Shown piece after piece: positions 8,493 through 16,475 of a stretch of DNA of 20,000 bases (the stretch's first letter is position 1; the number at the start of each line of letters is the position of its first letter). The position numbers were made by a program, and so were the translations under genes. Source of the DNA: an uncultured virus (IMG/VR IMGVR_UViG_3300009068_000031) (taxonomy: Duplodnaviria > Heunggongvirae > Uroviricota > Caudoviricetes); the IMG/VR virus record IMGVR_UViG_3300009068_000031, positions 57,630 through 77,629 of that record. One strand, 5' to 3'. A model generated the notes under the pieces. The model did no database searches, was not told the origin of the DNA, and saw nothing but the letters and a program-made list of their open reading frames with translations.

Positions 8493-8991
8493 TTGTTATG
8501 TGTCCTTCTTGTTTGTTGGCACTGCTGAGTTCCTGTTTCATCTCCAGCAATGTTCTGAATGGTCCTTTGTTGGGATACCTGTCTATGGTGAGCAGTTTGG
8601 GACAGAAACTTTTGACCCATCCTTTTTCAAATTTAATAACATAATATCCAGCACAATACAATGATTTGGATTTTTTACTTTTGGTAAACAATGGTAATTT
8701 TTTTTGCACATCAAACACAGGATTACAAGGTTCAAATTTAGTGGGATATCCATACACAGAGTTTGCATCCACAGCAGGATCTTGTGACACAGTCACAGTG
8801 GTATTTCCCCACAGCCAATCTCCTTTGAATTCCTGTCTCAATTGTTGCTCATTGTCAAACATGCGACTGCCTGAGGCACAACTGAACATGTATCTGTGAT
8901 CTTCCTGACGGCACAGTGTGCCCAGTTTGATACCTTCAGATTCCAATATCCAAAACTTACCATCCAATATGGGTTTGGCAATCACTGTCAT
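8485..8991 (-). CDS. Hypothetical phage protein
   Basis: 168 aa; ATGA overlap with the RNase H gene; LPLFTKSKKSKSLYCAGYY...FCPKL motif. Confidence 0.8.
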   Translation of the reverse strand: MTVIAKPILDGKFWILESEGIKLGTLCRQEDHRYMFSCASGSRMFDNEQQLRQEFKGDWLWGNTTVTVSQDPAVDANSVYGYPTKFEPCNPVFDVQKKLPLFTKSKKSKSLYCAGYYVIKFEKGWVKSFCPKLLTIDRYPNKGPFRTLLEMKQELSSANKQEGHITNE

Positions 8992-9989
8992 GCTGTGACC
9001 TCTTCTGTTATTTTATATTTGGCATTCAATGGCTCAGCATAACTCTGTGCTTGATCCACAATTCTTTGCATGTCCCATTTGGCACAAAATCTAATCAATT
9101 TGATTCCCACTTGTTCCACTGCTTTGGGGTTGGCTGCTTCTGCCACAGTTTGAGCCATAATTTGTTTTATTTCATCTGGTTGTGCTCGTAAATCGCACAA
9201 TATAACATTTCTATTGTAATCATCCAATACTCTGTGCTCTACTCCTTCATGATCCATCCAACGTTGCAACATCATGTTGTTCCAGTTGAATCCTTTATTT
9301 TTTCTATCTTCATATGCTTCACGCAATCCTACTTTGGTCTTGGTTCCTTTGGTTCTTACTCCTGGAAAAGCAGAAAATATATTGTCTGTGCTGTCTCCAC
9401 GCACACATTTTTCAAACAATTGCCATTCTGGTTCAGGTGCTGTTTTGTTTTCACCTGTTTTTTTATCTTTTACAGGATTACCTTTTTGATCAAAATAACC
9501 TTTATCAGTGATGGTCACTTCTGAAATACCATTGTATTGTTTCACATTGGGAGCAATCAATTGTGCAAAATCACTGTCTGTGCTGATGATCACGTGCTGG
9601 TCTTTGGGATGAGCTTGTATCCAAGCAGAGATTAAATCATCTGCTTCTAATCTTGGATTTTGCAACACTGTGCAATTGGTCTTAGTTTGTATAAATTCTT
9701 TAAAATTATCAAAAGTTTCCCAAAATATTGTTTCTTCTTCTTTTTCTTTGGCTGTGAGTGCTGCACGAGCATCAGATCTATTGCGTTTGTATGGAAGATA
9801 ATAATCTTTGCGCCAACTGCGTCCTTCCAAACAGAATACCACATGGTCTCCTTTGAAATCTTTCCATACTTTTCTTACACCGTTAAGAGTAATATGTAGA
9901 GCCATACCAATCTTATCATTAAGACTTCCGTCAGTTACGTGACGTGATCTAAAAAATACATTGGCTAAATCCACAAGCAAGTAGGTCAT
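8988..9989 (-). CDS. rnh: T4-like RNase H / 5'-3' exonuclease (FEN family)
   Basis: LLVDLAN, SWRK..Y..YKRNR, EADD, STDSDFAQL and GDSTDNI..PG acidic motifs. Confidence 0.9.
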   Translation of the reverse strand: MTYLLVDLANVFFRSRHVTDGSLNDKIGMALHITLNGVRKVWKDFKGDHVVFCLEGRSWRKDYYLPYKRNRSDARAALTAKEKEEETIFWETFDNFKEFIQTKTNCTVLQNPRLEADDLISAWIQAHPKDQHVIISTDSDFAQLIAPNVKQYNGISEVTITDKGYFDQKGNPVKDKKTGENKTAPEPEWQLFEKCVRGDSTDNIFSAFPGVRTKGTKTKVGLREAYEDRKNKGFNWNNMMLQRWMDHEGVEHRVLDDYNRNVILCDLRAQPDEIKQIMAQTVAEAANPKAVEQVGIKLIRFCAKWDMQRIVDQAQSYAEPLNAKYKITEEVTA

Positions 9990-10378
9990 TAACTGATTTC
10001 CGATCTATCTTTTCCTAATTTGTTCACATTGATGTATCCAGCATCACGTGTGGCGTCCTGTCCTTGATCCTTCAGCACGTTTCTAGTGACTTCTTTAAAC
10101 CAACCTTCCACTATTTCTTCATTGGTTTCACCTTTGTAACCTGCATCTAATAAATCCTCTATGAAAGCATTGTTCCAATCCAGTTCAAAAAATCCATTTC
10201 TGATGTTTTCTTTGTTCACGTGAGTCTCCAACACTGCCACCCAAGGCTTGCCTTCTTTGGTTGCTGCTTCTTTTTCACGCAACAATGCTTGATGTGATTC
10301 GCTTTTGTTTTCTGTTGTGTCTTCTTTTTTAAATATTTTTTTAACTTTATCAAATATTCCCATATCTTTTTTCTCCAT
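9989..10378 (-). CDS. Hypothetical phage protein
   Basis: Start at 10378 (TAATG overlap with the queE stop) or at 10363 (GGAG SD). KPWVAVL...NGFFELDWN motif. Confidence 0.75.
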   Translation of the reverse strand: MEKKDMGIFDKVKKIFKKEDTTENKSESHQALLREKEAATKEGKPWVAVLETHVNKENIRNGFFELDWNNAFIEDLLDAGYKGETNEEIVEGWFKEVTRNVLKDQGQDATRDAGYINVNKLGKDRSEIS

Positions 10379-11238
10379 TATGTACCCCATGCGTTTTTAA
10401 ACAATGGCACCTGTAATCTATCACTGTATCTATATCCCATCTTCATTGCCAGTTCTGCCACTGTTTTATTGTTCATATGATAGACACTTTCTACTCCACC
10501 CACAGGCATCAGATAAACTGATCCTGAGAATCCTGCTTTACGATAATCAGCCACTGCTTGGAATGCCTCATCAGCATCTTCCTTGGTGGCCACCACAAAT
10601 TTCAAATACACATGCCCTACATCTCCATATTCTGCCACCACTTCAGGCAGTATAGCTTCTTCACGTTTTTCTCCGCTCACACTTAATTTTGCACTCACAG
10701 AGAATGATATGGATTCTTTAGTTCTACCATTCTTCTGATTCCATTGAGTCAAATAATCTTTAAAATCTTTGTGTAGTTTTTGTGTGCCATTGGTTTCAAA
10801 AGTGATCTCTTTTAAAGCCTGCATCTTTGCATGTTCCAATACATCTGGATAAGCACGTTGCCAACCCAGCAATGGTTCACCGCCTGTGAATATAAAATGT
10901 TCATCCACCCATTGTTTGTGTGGCAATATTTCCATTGTTCTTTCCACAATAGCATCTGATGTCAGCATGGGAGATAAATCTTTGAATCGAGGATCCCAAG
11001 ATGCATACGAATCACAGCCTGTGTTCACCAATGGCAATTCTTCATAGCTTTTAAAAGGAAATTGTTTGTGCTGTTCAAATACTTTGTCATTCTCATCACT
11101 ACGCATGCCTCGAGGCAAACCAAAGCCAGCACAAGTAAAGTTGCAGCCAAATGTTCTCAAGAACACTGAAGGCACACCCATGTACCTGCCTTCTCCTTGT
11201 ATGCTGTAAAATAATTCTGCTATTTTAATTTTGCTCAT
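10378..11238 (-). CDS. queE: 7-carboxy-7-deazaguanine synthase QueE-like radical SAM enzyme
   Basis: IAELFYSIQGEG..GVPSVFLRTFGCNFTC...CDS, TGGEPLL, ETNGT, SVSAKL, LKFVV, YLMP and RLQV motifs; near folE. Confidence 0.88.
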   Translation of the reverse strand: MSKIKIAELFYSIQGEGRYMGVPSVFLRTFGCNFTCAGFGLPRGMRSDENDKVFEQHKQFPFKSYEELPLVNTGCDSYASWDPRFKDLSPMLTSDAIVERTMEILPHKQWVDEHFIFTGGEPLLGWQRAYPDVLEHAKMQALKEITFETNGTQKLHKDFKDYLTQWNQKNGRTKESISFSVSAKLSVSGEKREEAILPEVVAEYGDVGHVYLKFVVATKEDADEAFQAVADYRKAGFSGSVYLMPVGGVESVYHMNNKTVAELAMKMGYRYSDRLQVPLFKNAWGT

Positions 11239-11405
11239 TATACTAATTCCTCTACCACTCCTAATAATTCTGCCAGTATGAATAAAAATCCAGCAGTAAT
11301 AAAGTTACCAAATATTAAACTAATGCCTGCAATGATTCTAAATGCACTCTTGATTAGTGACACATAGAAATGACCTTTACTGGTGTCTTTAGGCTGTATG
11401 TTCAT
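11238..11405 (-). CDS. Small membrane protein (55 aa, below ORF-track cutoff)
   Basis: MNIQPKDTSKGHFYVSLIKSAFRIIAGISLIFGNFITAGFLFILAELLGVVEELV*. Its stop overlaps the queE start (TAATG), and its end supplies GAGG as the queE SD. Confidence 0.8.
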   Translation of the reverse strand: MNIQPKDTSKGHFYVSLIKSAFRIIAGISLIFGNFITAGFLFILAELLGVVEELV

Positions 11406-11592
11406 GTTTGTTTTCTTTCAAAGGAATTGACTCACATGAATCAATGTAATCTCCTTGGCTGTGATAATCTCTCTTCACTGTTTCTTTGTACAGCACACCA
11501 TCTTTAACTTTGTAAGTGATTAATTCTTGTTTGATAATACCTGTGGTATCACCTCCGAATGCTGCGTAAAATGGTCCTTCTTTATTGGTCAT
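11389..11592 (-). CDS. Hypothetical protein
   Basis: 67 aa; AGGAG SD overlapping the folE stop. Confidence 0.7.
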   Translation of the reverse strand: MTNKEGPFYAAFGGDTTGIIKQELITYKVKDGVLYKETVKRDYHSQGDYIDSCESIPLKENKHEHTA

Positions 11593-11601
11593 CTGTGTCT
11601 C

Positions 11602-12288
11602 CTATCTTGGTGCAAATTGTTGTTGCAGGTTAATATTATCCATAAATTCTTTTTTAGTGCCAGCATCATCTTTGAAAGCACCTTTTAACACAGTGGTCTG
11701 AGTCAATGAACTGTGTGCCATTATGCCTCGGTTTTCACAACAGCCATGTGTGGCTTGTATGTAAACACCTATGTTTCTGCTGCCAGTGGCCATTTCAATT
11801 TCATGTGCTATGTCATTGCACAAAGACTCTTGCAGTGTGCCTCTTCTAGCACACCATTGTGCTATTCTTGTGTATTTGCTCAATCCTATCACTTTGCCAT
11901 TGGGTATGATTCCAATATACGCCACACCGCTCACTGGTTGATGATGATGACTGCAGATAGATTTTAATTCACTACGCACCACCAACATGCCTGTGTAAGC
12001 ATTTCCTCCCACATTGGGAAATGCTGTGGCATCGGGTCTAGATTCATATCTTCCGCTCATGATTTCTGTCAAATACATTTTGGCCAATCTATGTGCTGTG
12101 TTTTTACTATTAGGATCATTGTCAGTATCAATCACAAGACTGTTTAGCACAGATCGGAATGATTCTGTTAATTCTTGTTCCAGCAGAGACAATTCATCTT
12201 TTTCGATGTAGGCTGAAATATTGTCATCAGCATGATAGTTCACGCCAGCCGCAATCAGTCTTTGTTTAATCTTTTCTGATACTTTCAT
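11602..12288 (-). CDS. folE: GTP cyclohydrolase I (FolE)
   Basis: DPN...TAHRLAKMY, SICSHH, GLSK..RI, LQE, HGCCENRG motifs; AAGGAG SD at 12293-12298. Confidence 0.95.
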   Translation of the reverse strand: MKVSEKIKQRLIAAGVNYHADDNISAYIEKDELSLLEQELTESFRSVLNSLVIDTDNDPNSKNTAHRLAKMYLTEIMSGRYESRPDATAFPNVGGNAYTGMLVVRSELKSICSHHHQPVSGVAYIGIIPNGKVIGLSKYTRIAQWCARRGTLQESLCNDIAHEIEMATGSRNIGVYIQATHGCCENRGIMAHSSLTQTTVLKGAFKDDAGTKKEFMDNINLQQQFAPR

Positions 12289-12308
12289 TATACTCCTTAT
12301 ATTGTATT

Positions 12309-12337
12309 ATTTTAACAGATTTGTTCCAGTTTGTCAA
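12309..12337 (-). promoter_or_regulatory. Sigma70-type promoter for folE-queE-rnh
   Basis: TTGACA-17 nt-TAAAAT with TG extended -10, embedded in the last codons of the upstream gene. Confidence 0.8.
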
Positions 12338-12929
12338 TGATTTGTGCCAAAACAATTTGGTTTCCTTCATCATTGTAATGATTAATTTCTCCTCTGTAGT
12401 TAGGCCAGATCATACTGAAGTCCAACAGATTCTGTTCCTCAACAAAATGGTTACTGATACCAAAATTATCTATGTGTAAACTGGTGATTTGCTCCAGTTT
12501 TCTGTTGATATCTCTGCGTATCAATCTGTAGATGTCTTTTTGGTATTGATCATCATAGTGATACTTGAACCAATTTTTAGCAGTGTCTAAACTTTTATTG
12601 AACCAACTGTTGCGAGATTCAATGTCATTCCATATGAGATCACAATCTTTGTGCAGTCCTTGTTTGTGTATGGGATGAACGGGAGTGTGTACTCTGCTGG
12701 GACTGGTATGACACACAATCACACAATCATAGTCATGCTGCCACCAAGGATTTTCTTTGGTAAAGTTTAGCAGTTGTCTTAATATTTTATATTCGCCCAC
12801 ACCTGCCTGAGCCAAATTGGTCACATCATGTTGTTGAGCCAACTGAGCGGGCCATCCAGCAAGGCCATTGGGCCACTCACAAGCAAAACTATCACCAATG
12901 ATTAGGATTTTTTTTGATTTTTTATCCAT
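12312..12929 (-). CDS. SGNH/GDSL hydrolase-like protein
   Basis: IIGDSFA (block I), NLAQAGVG (block II), INHYNDEGN (block V His). Confidence 0.75.
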   Translation of the reverse strand: MDKKSKKILIIGDSFACEWPNGLAGWPAQLAQQHDVTNLAQAGVGEYKILRQLLNFTKENPWWQHDYDCVIVCHTSPSRVHTPVHPIHKQGLHKDCDLIWNDIESRNSWFNKSLDTAKNWFKYHYDDQYQKDIYRLIRRDINRKLEQITSLHIDNFGISNHFVEEQNLLDFSMIWPNYRGEINHYNDEGNQIVLAQIIDKLEQIC

Positions 12930-13729
12930 GGTATGTATTTTTCCACAATCGTTTTGTGATATTCTGTATTGTAATGTTCTTTGTCATGCAGCAAATATTT
13001 TTGAGGATCAATACCATTGTCCAACATATATTGCTCAACAGTTTTTTCTGCTACTGTGGTATTTTTTAATGCACCGTAATATTCCAAACTCTTGGGCCAT
13101 TTCAATCTATTCATAAAATTAAACACATAAAGTTTGGCATTGTTTTCAGCACAGATTCTATCCCAAGCAAACACATTCAATAAAAAATCACGTCTTTCCA
13201 AATGTGTGTTCAATTCAAAAAATAATTTTATCTCCATAAATGTGTTTTTTCTTACGTCTGGTTGTTGCAATCCATCTGTTTCAGAAATTTTTAAACCTGG
13301 AAACTTTTCATAATCTTCTGCTGTGGGTTTGTTGTACAATTGCACTCTGCCTTCTTTGACCAATAGATCCATATACTTTTTTACTGTGGGTGTGCTTTCC
13401 ACACATTCATGCACAAAATAATCCAAAGGCAGTGCTTCATCTGTGAGTTTCTCATCAAAAGCCAACACAAATCTATTCAATGGAGCCAAACAAAGAAAAA
13501 CTTCATCGGTGTCTGGAAATGTGTTAAACATGTGTTTCATCCAATCAGTGTACATTCTATTAGTTGTTCCAGCATGTGCATAGATACTCACGGGTTTATC
13601 GTTCACTGTGTTGTAAATTTCAGCATAGTTGTTATCATTCCAATAGGTATAACTGCCTGGACCTGTTTTGTTAGGCACAGTGACATATCCACAAGTGTGA
13701 CTGTCTCCTATGAAAAGTGCTCTGCTCAT
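12902..13729 (-). CDS. SGNH/GDSL hydrolase-like protein
   Basis: FIGDSHTCG (block I), AHAGTTN (block II), DKEHYN (DxxH, block V). Confidence 0.75.
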   Translation of the reverse strand: MSRALFIGDSHTCGYVTVPNKTGPGSYTYWNDNNYAEIYNTVNDKPVSIYAHAGTTNRMYTDWMKHMFNTFPDTDEVFLCLAPLNRFVLAFDEKLTDEALPLDYFVHECVESTPTVKKYMDLLVKEGRVQLYNKPTAEDYEKFPGLKISETDGLQQPDVRKNTFMEIKLFFELNTHLERRDFLLNVFAWDRICAENNAKLYVFNFMNRLKWPKSLEYYGALKNTTVAEKTVEQYMLDNGIDPQKYLLHDKEHYNTEYHKTIVEKYIPWIKNQKKS

Positions 13730-14103
13730 TTTTTATAATTTCCTTTGTGAGGGATCACATGACGCACACCACCCCTAGGATCTTCCATGTCACCCTTGCG
13801 TCTTGGAATCAAATGAACATGCGGATAAGGAACAGTTTGACCTGCTGCCTCGCCCATGTTGATACCTATGTTGTAGCCGTCAATCAACCCTTTGGCAATA
13901 TTTTCATTGCCAATTTTCAATGCTAATTCAAAACATTTCACAATCATATTTTGACTGGCTTGTTTGGGTACCAACAATGCATGTCCTTCTGTCACAGGAT
14001 ATCCATCCTCATACCACACACAATCTTTCAAATCATATATCACTTTGGTCCAAGGAGTTCTGCCTTCTTTTTGAGCTTGATTCAAAGTGTCAATTTTTTC
14101 CAT
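13726..14103 (-). CDS. HIT family nucleotide hydrolase
   Basis: DGYPVTEGHALLVPK and GYNIGINMGEAAGQTVPYPHVHLIPRRKGD motifs. Confidence 0.9.
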   Translation of the reverse strand: MEKIDTLNQAQKEGRTPWTKVIYDLKDCVWYEDGYPVTEGHALLVPKQASQNMIVKCFELALKIGNENIAKGLIDGYNIGINMGEAAGQTVPYPHVHLIPRRKGDMEDPRGGVRHVIPHKGNYKK

Positions 14104-14104
14104 A

Positions 14105-14560
14105 CTACCATTGCTCCCAAGGAAACACTATCCAACGTGGATCTTCCAGTTTGTTGATTTCATAACCTTTGTAATCTATATCTTTGTAGGTGCTCACTGT
14201 GTTGTGCAATATCACAGCAAACTTTAATCTTTCTGGTTTGCCAAAGTTATTCATAATATAATTAAATGTGGCACCTGTATCATTGATATCATCCACTATC
14301 AATACTCTTTTTTGCCAAGCATATACTTTTTCCAATGTGTGTAAATCAGGAGTATCAGCATGATCTCGTAAACTTACATTTAACACATGATGAGGAACAT
14401 CCAATTTGTGTGACAAATAGATAGCAGGAATACATCCTCCTCTGTTTAATCCTAATATTACCTGAGGTTGCCATTGTTGTTCAGTCAATTGCTGATGTAT
14501 ATTCAGCAGAGCTGCACGCATCTGGATCATGGTAAAATAATTTTTATTGGCTGTTTCCAT
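14105..14560 (-). CDS. Type I phosphoribosyltransferase (Gpt/xanthine-guanine PRT-like)
   Basis: GLNRGGCIPA, PRPP loop VLIVDDINDTGAT, C-terminal WIVFPWE. Confidence 0.9.
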   Translation of the reverse strand: METANKNYFTMIQMRAALLNIHQQLTEQQWQPQVILGLNRGGCIPAIYLSHKLDVPHHVLNVSLRDHADTPDLHTLEKVYAWQKRVLIVDDINDTGATFNYIMNNFGKPERLKFAVILHNTVSTYKDIDYKGYEINKLEDPRWIVFPWEQW

Positions 14561-14561
14561 A

Positions 14562-14933
14562 TTAAAAAGGCATTTTCAGTTGCATTTTATTGTCATAATC
14601 ATCTATCACAATATTGTAAACATTTTTAAATTTTTGAAAAGCAATATCCAATGACGGATACAACTCACACATTTCTTTTATTTTGTGCATTTCAGGCATG
14701 ATATCCTCAAACATAATAGGCAGTTTGTAATCCTCAAAGTTTATACCTTTCATTGCATCTGCTTCAAAATCTATGCCTGTGGTAGTAACACCATTGCCTG
14801 ATCCACCAAATCCATATGGCACGCTCACTGTGCTGGCCACAATGTTATTTGTGCCCACATTTGCTTGATAGTTTATATCTACTTTATACGTTGTGCTGTC
14901 TGGTTGATTTTGTTCTAAAGTTTTATTTTCCAT
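14562..14933 (-). CDS. Hypothetical protein
   Basis: Start re-called to MENKTLE at 14933, overlapping the glycosyltransferase end. Low-complexity N-half; C-terminal MCELYPSL.IAFQKFK.VY motif. Confidence 0.7.
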   Translation of the reverse strand: MENKTLEQNQPDSTTYKVDINYQANVGTNNIVASTVSVPYGFGGSGNGVTTTGIDFEADAMKGINFEDYKLPIMFEDIMPEMHKIKEMCELYPSLDIAFQKFKNVYNIVIDDYDNKMQLKMPF

Positions 14934-16014
14934 TTGTAATCCTTTGGTAAAGTTGTTTGCCACTAAAAAAGTTTTCTGCCAATGATATTTTTTGTTTGTG
15001 TACCAATGGAGCATACTTTTTGTAGTTGATCATGTAGTCATCTATTCTTGCTTTTAACAAATCTTTGTGTTTCTTATACAGTTCAAAAGATTCTGTCCAT
15101 TCCGAAGGATATTTGAATTCTTCTTGAGCCATTTCTTTGTAACTTAAACGATCAGGAATCATTGGAATAACTCCTAATACTGCACCTTCATACCAACTGA
15201 TTCCTAATGTTTCTTGTAAATTAGCACTGAAAATCAATTTGGCTTCTGCTAAAAGATTGTGATAGTCATTTTTTGACTGGCAACGATCCAAACAAGTGAC
15301 AAATTCATACTGTGGCATTTCTTTTGCCAAATCTTGAAATATGTTGTGTTGTTTTTCCGGAGCCAATCTATGCGGGAAAAGAATAATATTCTTTTTTTCA
15401 ATATTTTTATAACCAGTCAAGTCAGCATCCAAATATTCCATAGGCCATCCCGATCTCACTATTTTGCCTGTGTGAAACATTTCTGCTACTGTTTCTTTGT
15501 CAGCCAGTCTGCCTAGATCCATCAAATTGTGTAAGAACATATCAATATGAAAATCAGTGGCAAAGTAATTGTGATCAAATGATTCAAACATGCTGCGTTC
15601 AGCCAGACGCACCCAAGGTTTATCACCTATCAGTCTGCCCAAAAAGTCTTGTGGATCATATGATCCTGCGTGCCACATGCCACCTATTTTAATTTTTACA
15701 TTTAATAATTCTGCCATGTACTTGAGTTGCAGTACTGTGGGATTCCAAGCATCAGTGTATAAGAAATAATCACCATCTTTGATATCTCCCGCACAGAACA
15801 TTTCAGCAATCTGTTCTAATTGTCTGCTTTTGTACATGTTGGTGAATCCAAAGTTTAAAAAAGCACCCGGGGTGGTACTTTTCACAGCATCTCCTCCGCT
15901 GATCACTTGGATTTCATTATTGGTGTGTCTTTTTAATTGAATGGGTAGATATTTTTTCCATTGTTTGGTATATCTAGTTTCTACTTCTTCTAGATCCACA
16001 ATGTAAATCTTCAT
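14923..16014 (-). CDS. GT-B fold glycosyltransferase (GT4-like, retaining)
   Basis: ILFPHRLAPEKQ (GRL..EK-like), ETLGISWYE (E-x7-E), G..P.IPDRLSYKE. Start re-called to MKIYIVDLE at 16014. Confidence 0.85.
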   Translation of the reverse strand: MKIYIVDLEEVETRYTKQWKKYLPIQLKRHTNNEIQVISGGDAVKSTTPGAFLNFGFTNMYKSRQLEQIAEMFCAGDIKDGDYFLYTDAWNPTVLQLKYMAELLNVKIKIGGMWHAGSYDPQDFLGRLIGDKPWVRLAERSMFESFDHNYFATDFHIDMFLHNLMDLGRLADKETVAEMFHTGKIVRSGWPMEYLDADLTGYKNIEKKNIILFPHRLAPEKQHNIFQDLAKEMPQYEFVTCLDRCQSKNDYHNLLAEAKLIFSANLQETLGISWYEGAVLGVIPMIPDRLSYKEMAQEEFKYPSEWTESFELYKKHKDLLKARIDDYMINYKKYAPLVHKQKISLAENFFSGKQLYQRITNGK

Positions 16015-16022
16015 GGCCCGCC

Positions 16023-16424
16023 CTAGTTGATTGTTATGGATGAATTGGCTGCCCACGTCATTGTGGCACCGTTCTCACCATCTTCGCTCACGTCTATTGT
16101 GACTTCTCTATTGGGATATCTTGAATTGATCTGTTGATAAAGATCAGCGCCAATCATTTCACAACTTTTATAATCCAACTCTAATGTGCCTTTGCCATAT
16201 AAGTTTTCCAACCATCTTTTAAACTGTATAAACTCAATGTCTCGGTCATCATGAAATACTTCAATAGCCACTCGAAAATGAAATATGTGTCTGTGAGGAT
16301 AACCCAAAAAACTCACATCATATTCGTCACCAGTTTTTAATTTTGGATCTGTTAATGCTGCAGGATATTTGTGCGTGCCTTCTCTGCGAAATGTTACCCA
16401 AATTTTAGATTTCATAATGCTCAT
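16023..16424 (-). CDS. QueD-paralog T-fold protein, DpdL-like
   Basis: EGTH, LGYPHRHIF (LxxxHRHxF in place of QueD CxxxHGH), IEF, SCE and VSEDGENGA motifs. Confidence 0.75.
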   Translation of the reverse strand: MSIMKSKIWVTFRREGTHKYPAALTDPKLKTGDEYDVSFLGYPHRHIFHFRVAIEVFHDDRDIEFIQFKRWLENLYGKGTLELDYKSCEMIGADLYQQINSRYPNREVTIDVSEDGENGATMTWAANSSITIN

Positions 16425-16446
16425 GTGTTTCAGTATTTAGGTTTAT

Positions 16447-16475
16447 AGTATAACAACCTTTTCAATGCTTGTCAA
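16447..16475 (-). promoter_or_regulatory. Sigma70-type promoter for the T-fold/GT/PRT/HIT/SGNH unit
   Basis: TTGACA-17 nt-TATACT with TG extended -10. The -35 lies in the last codons of the upstream gene. Confidence 0.82.
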
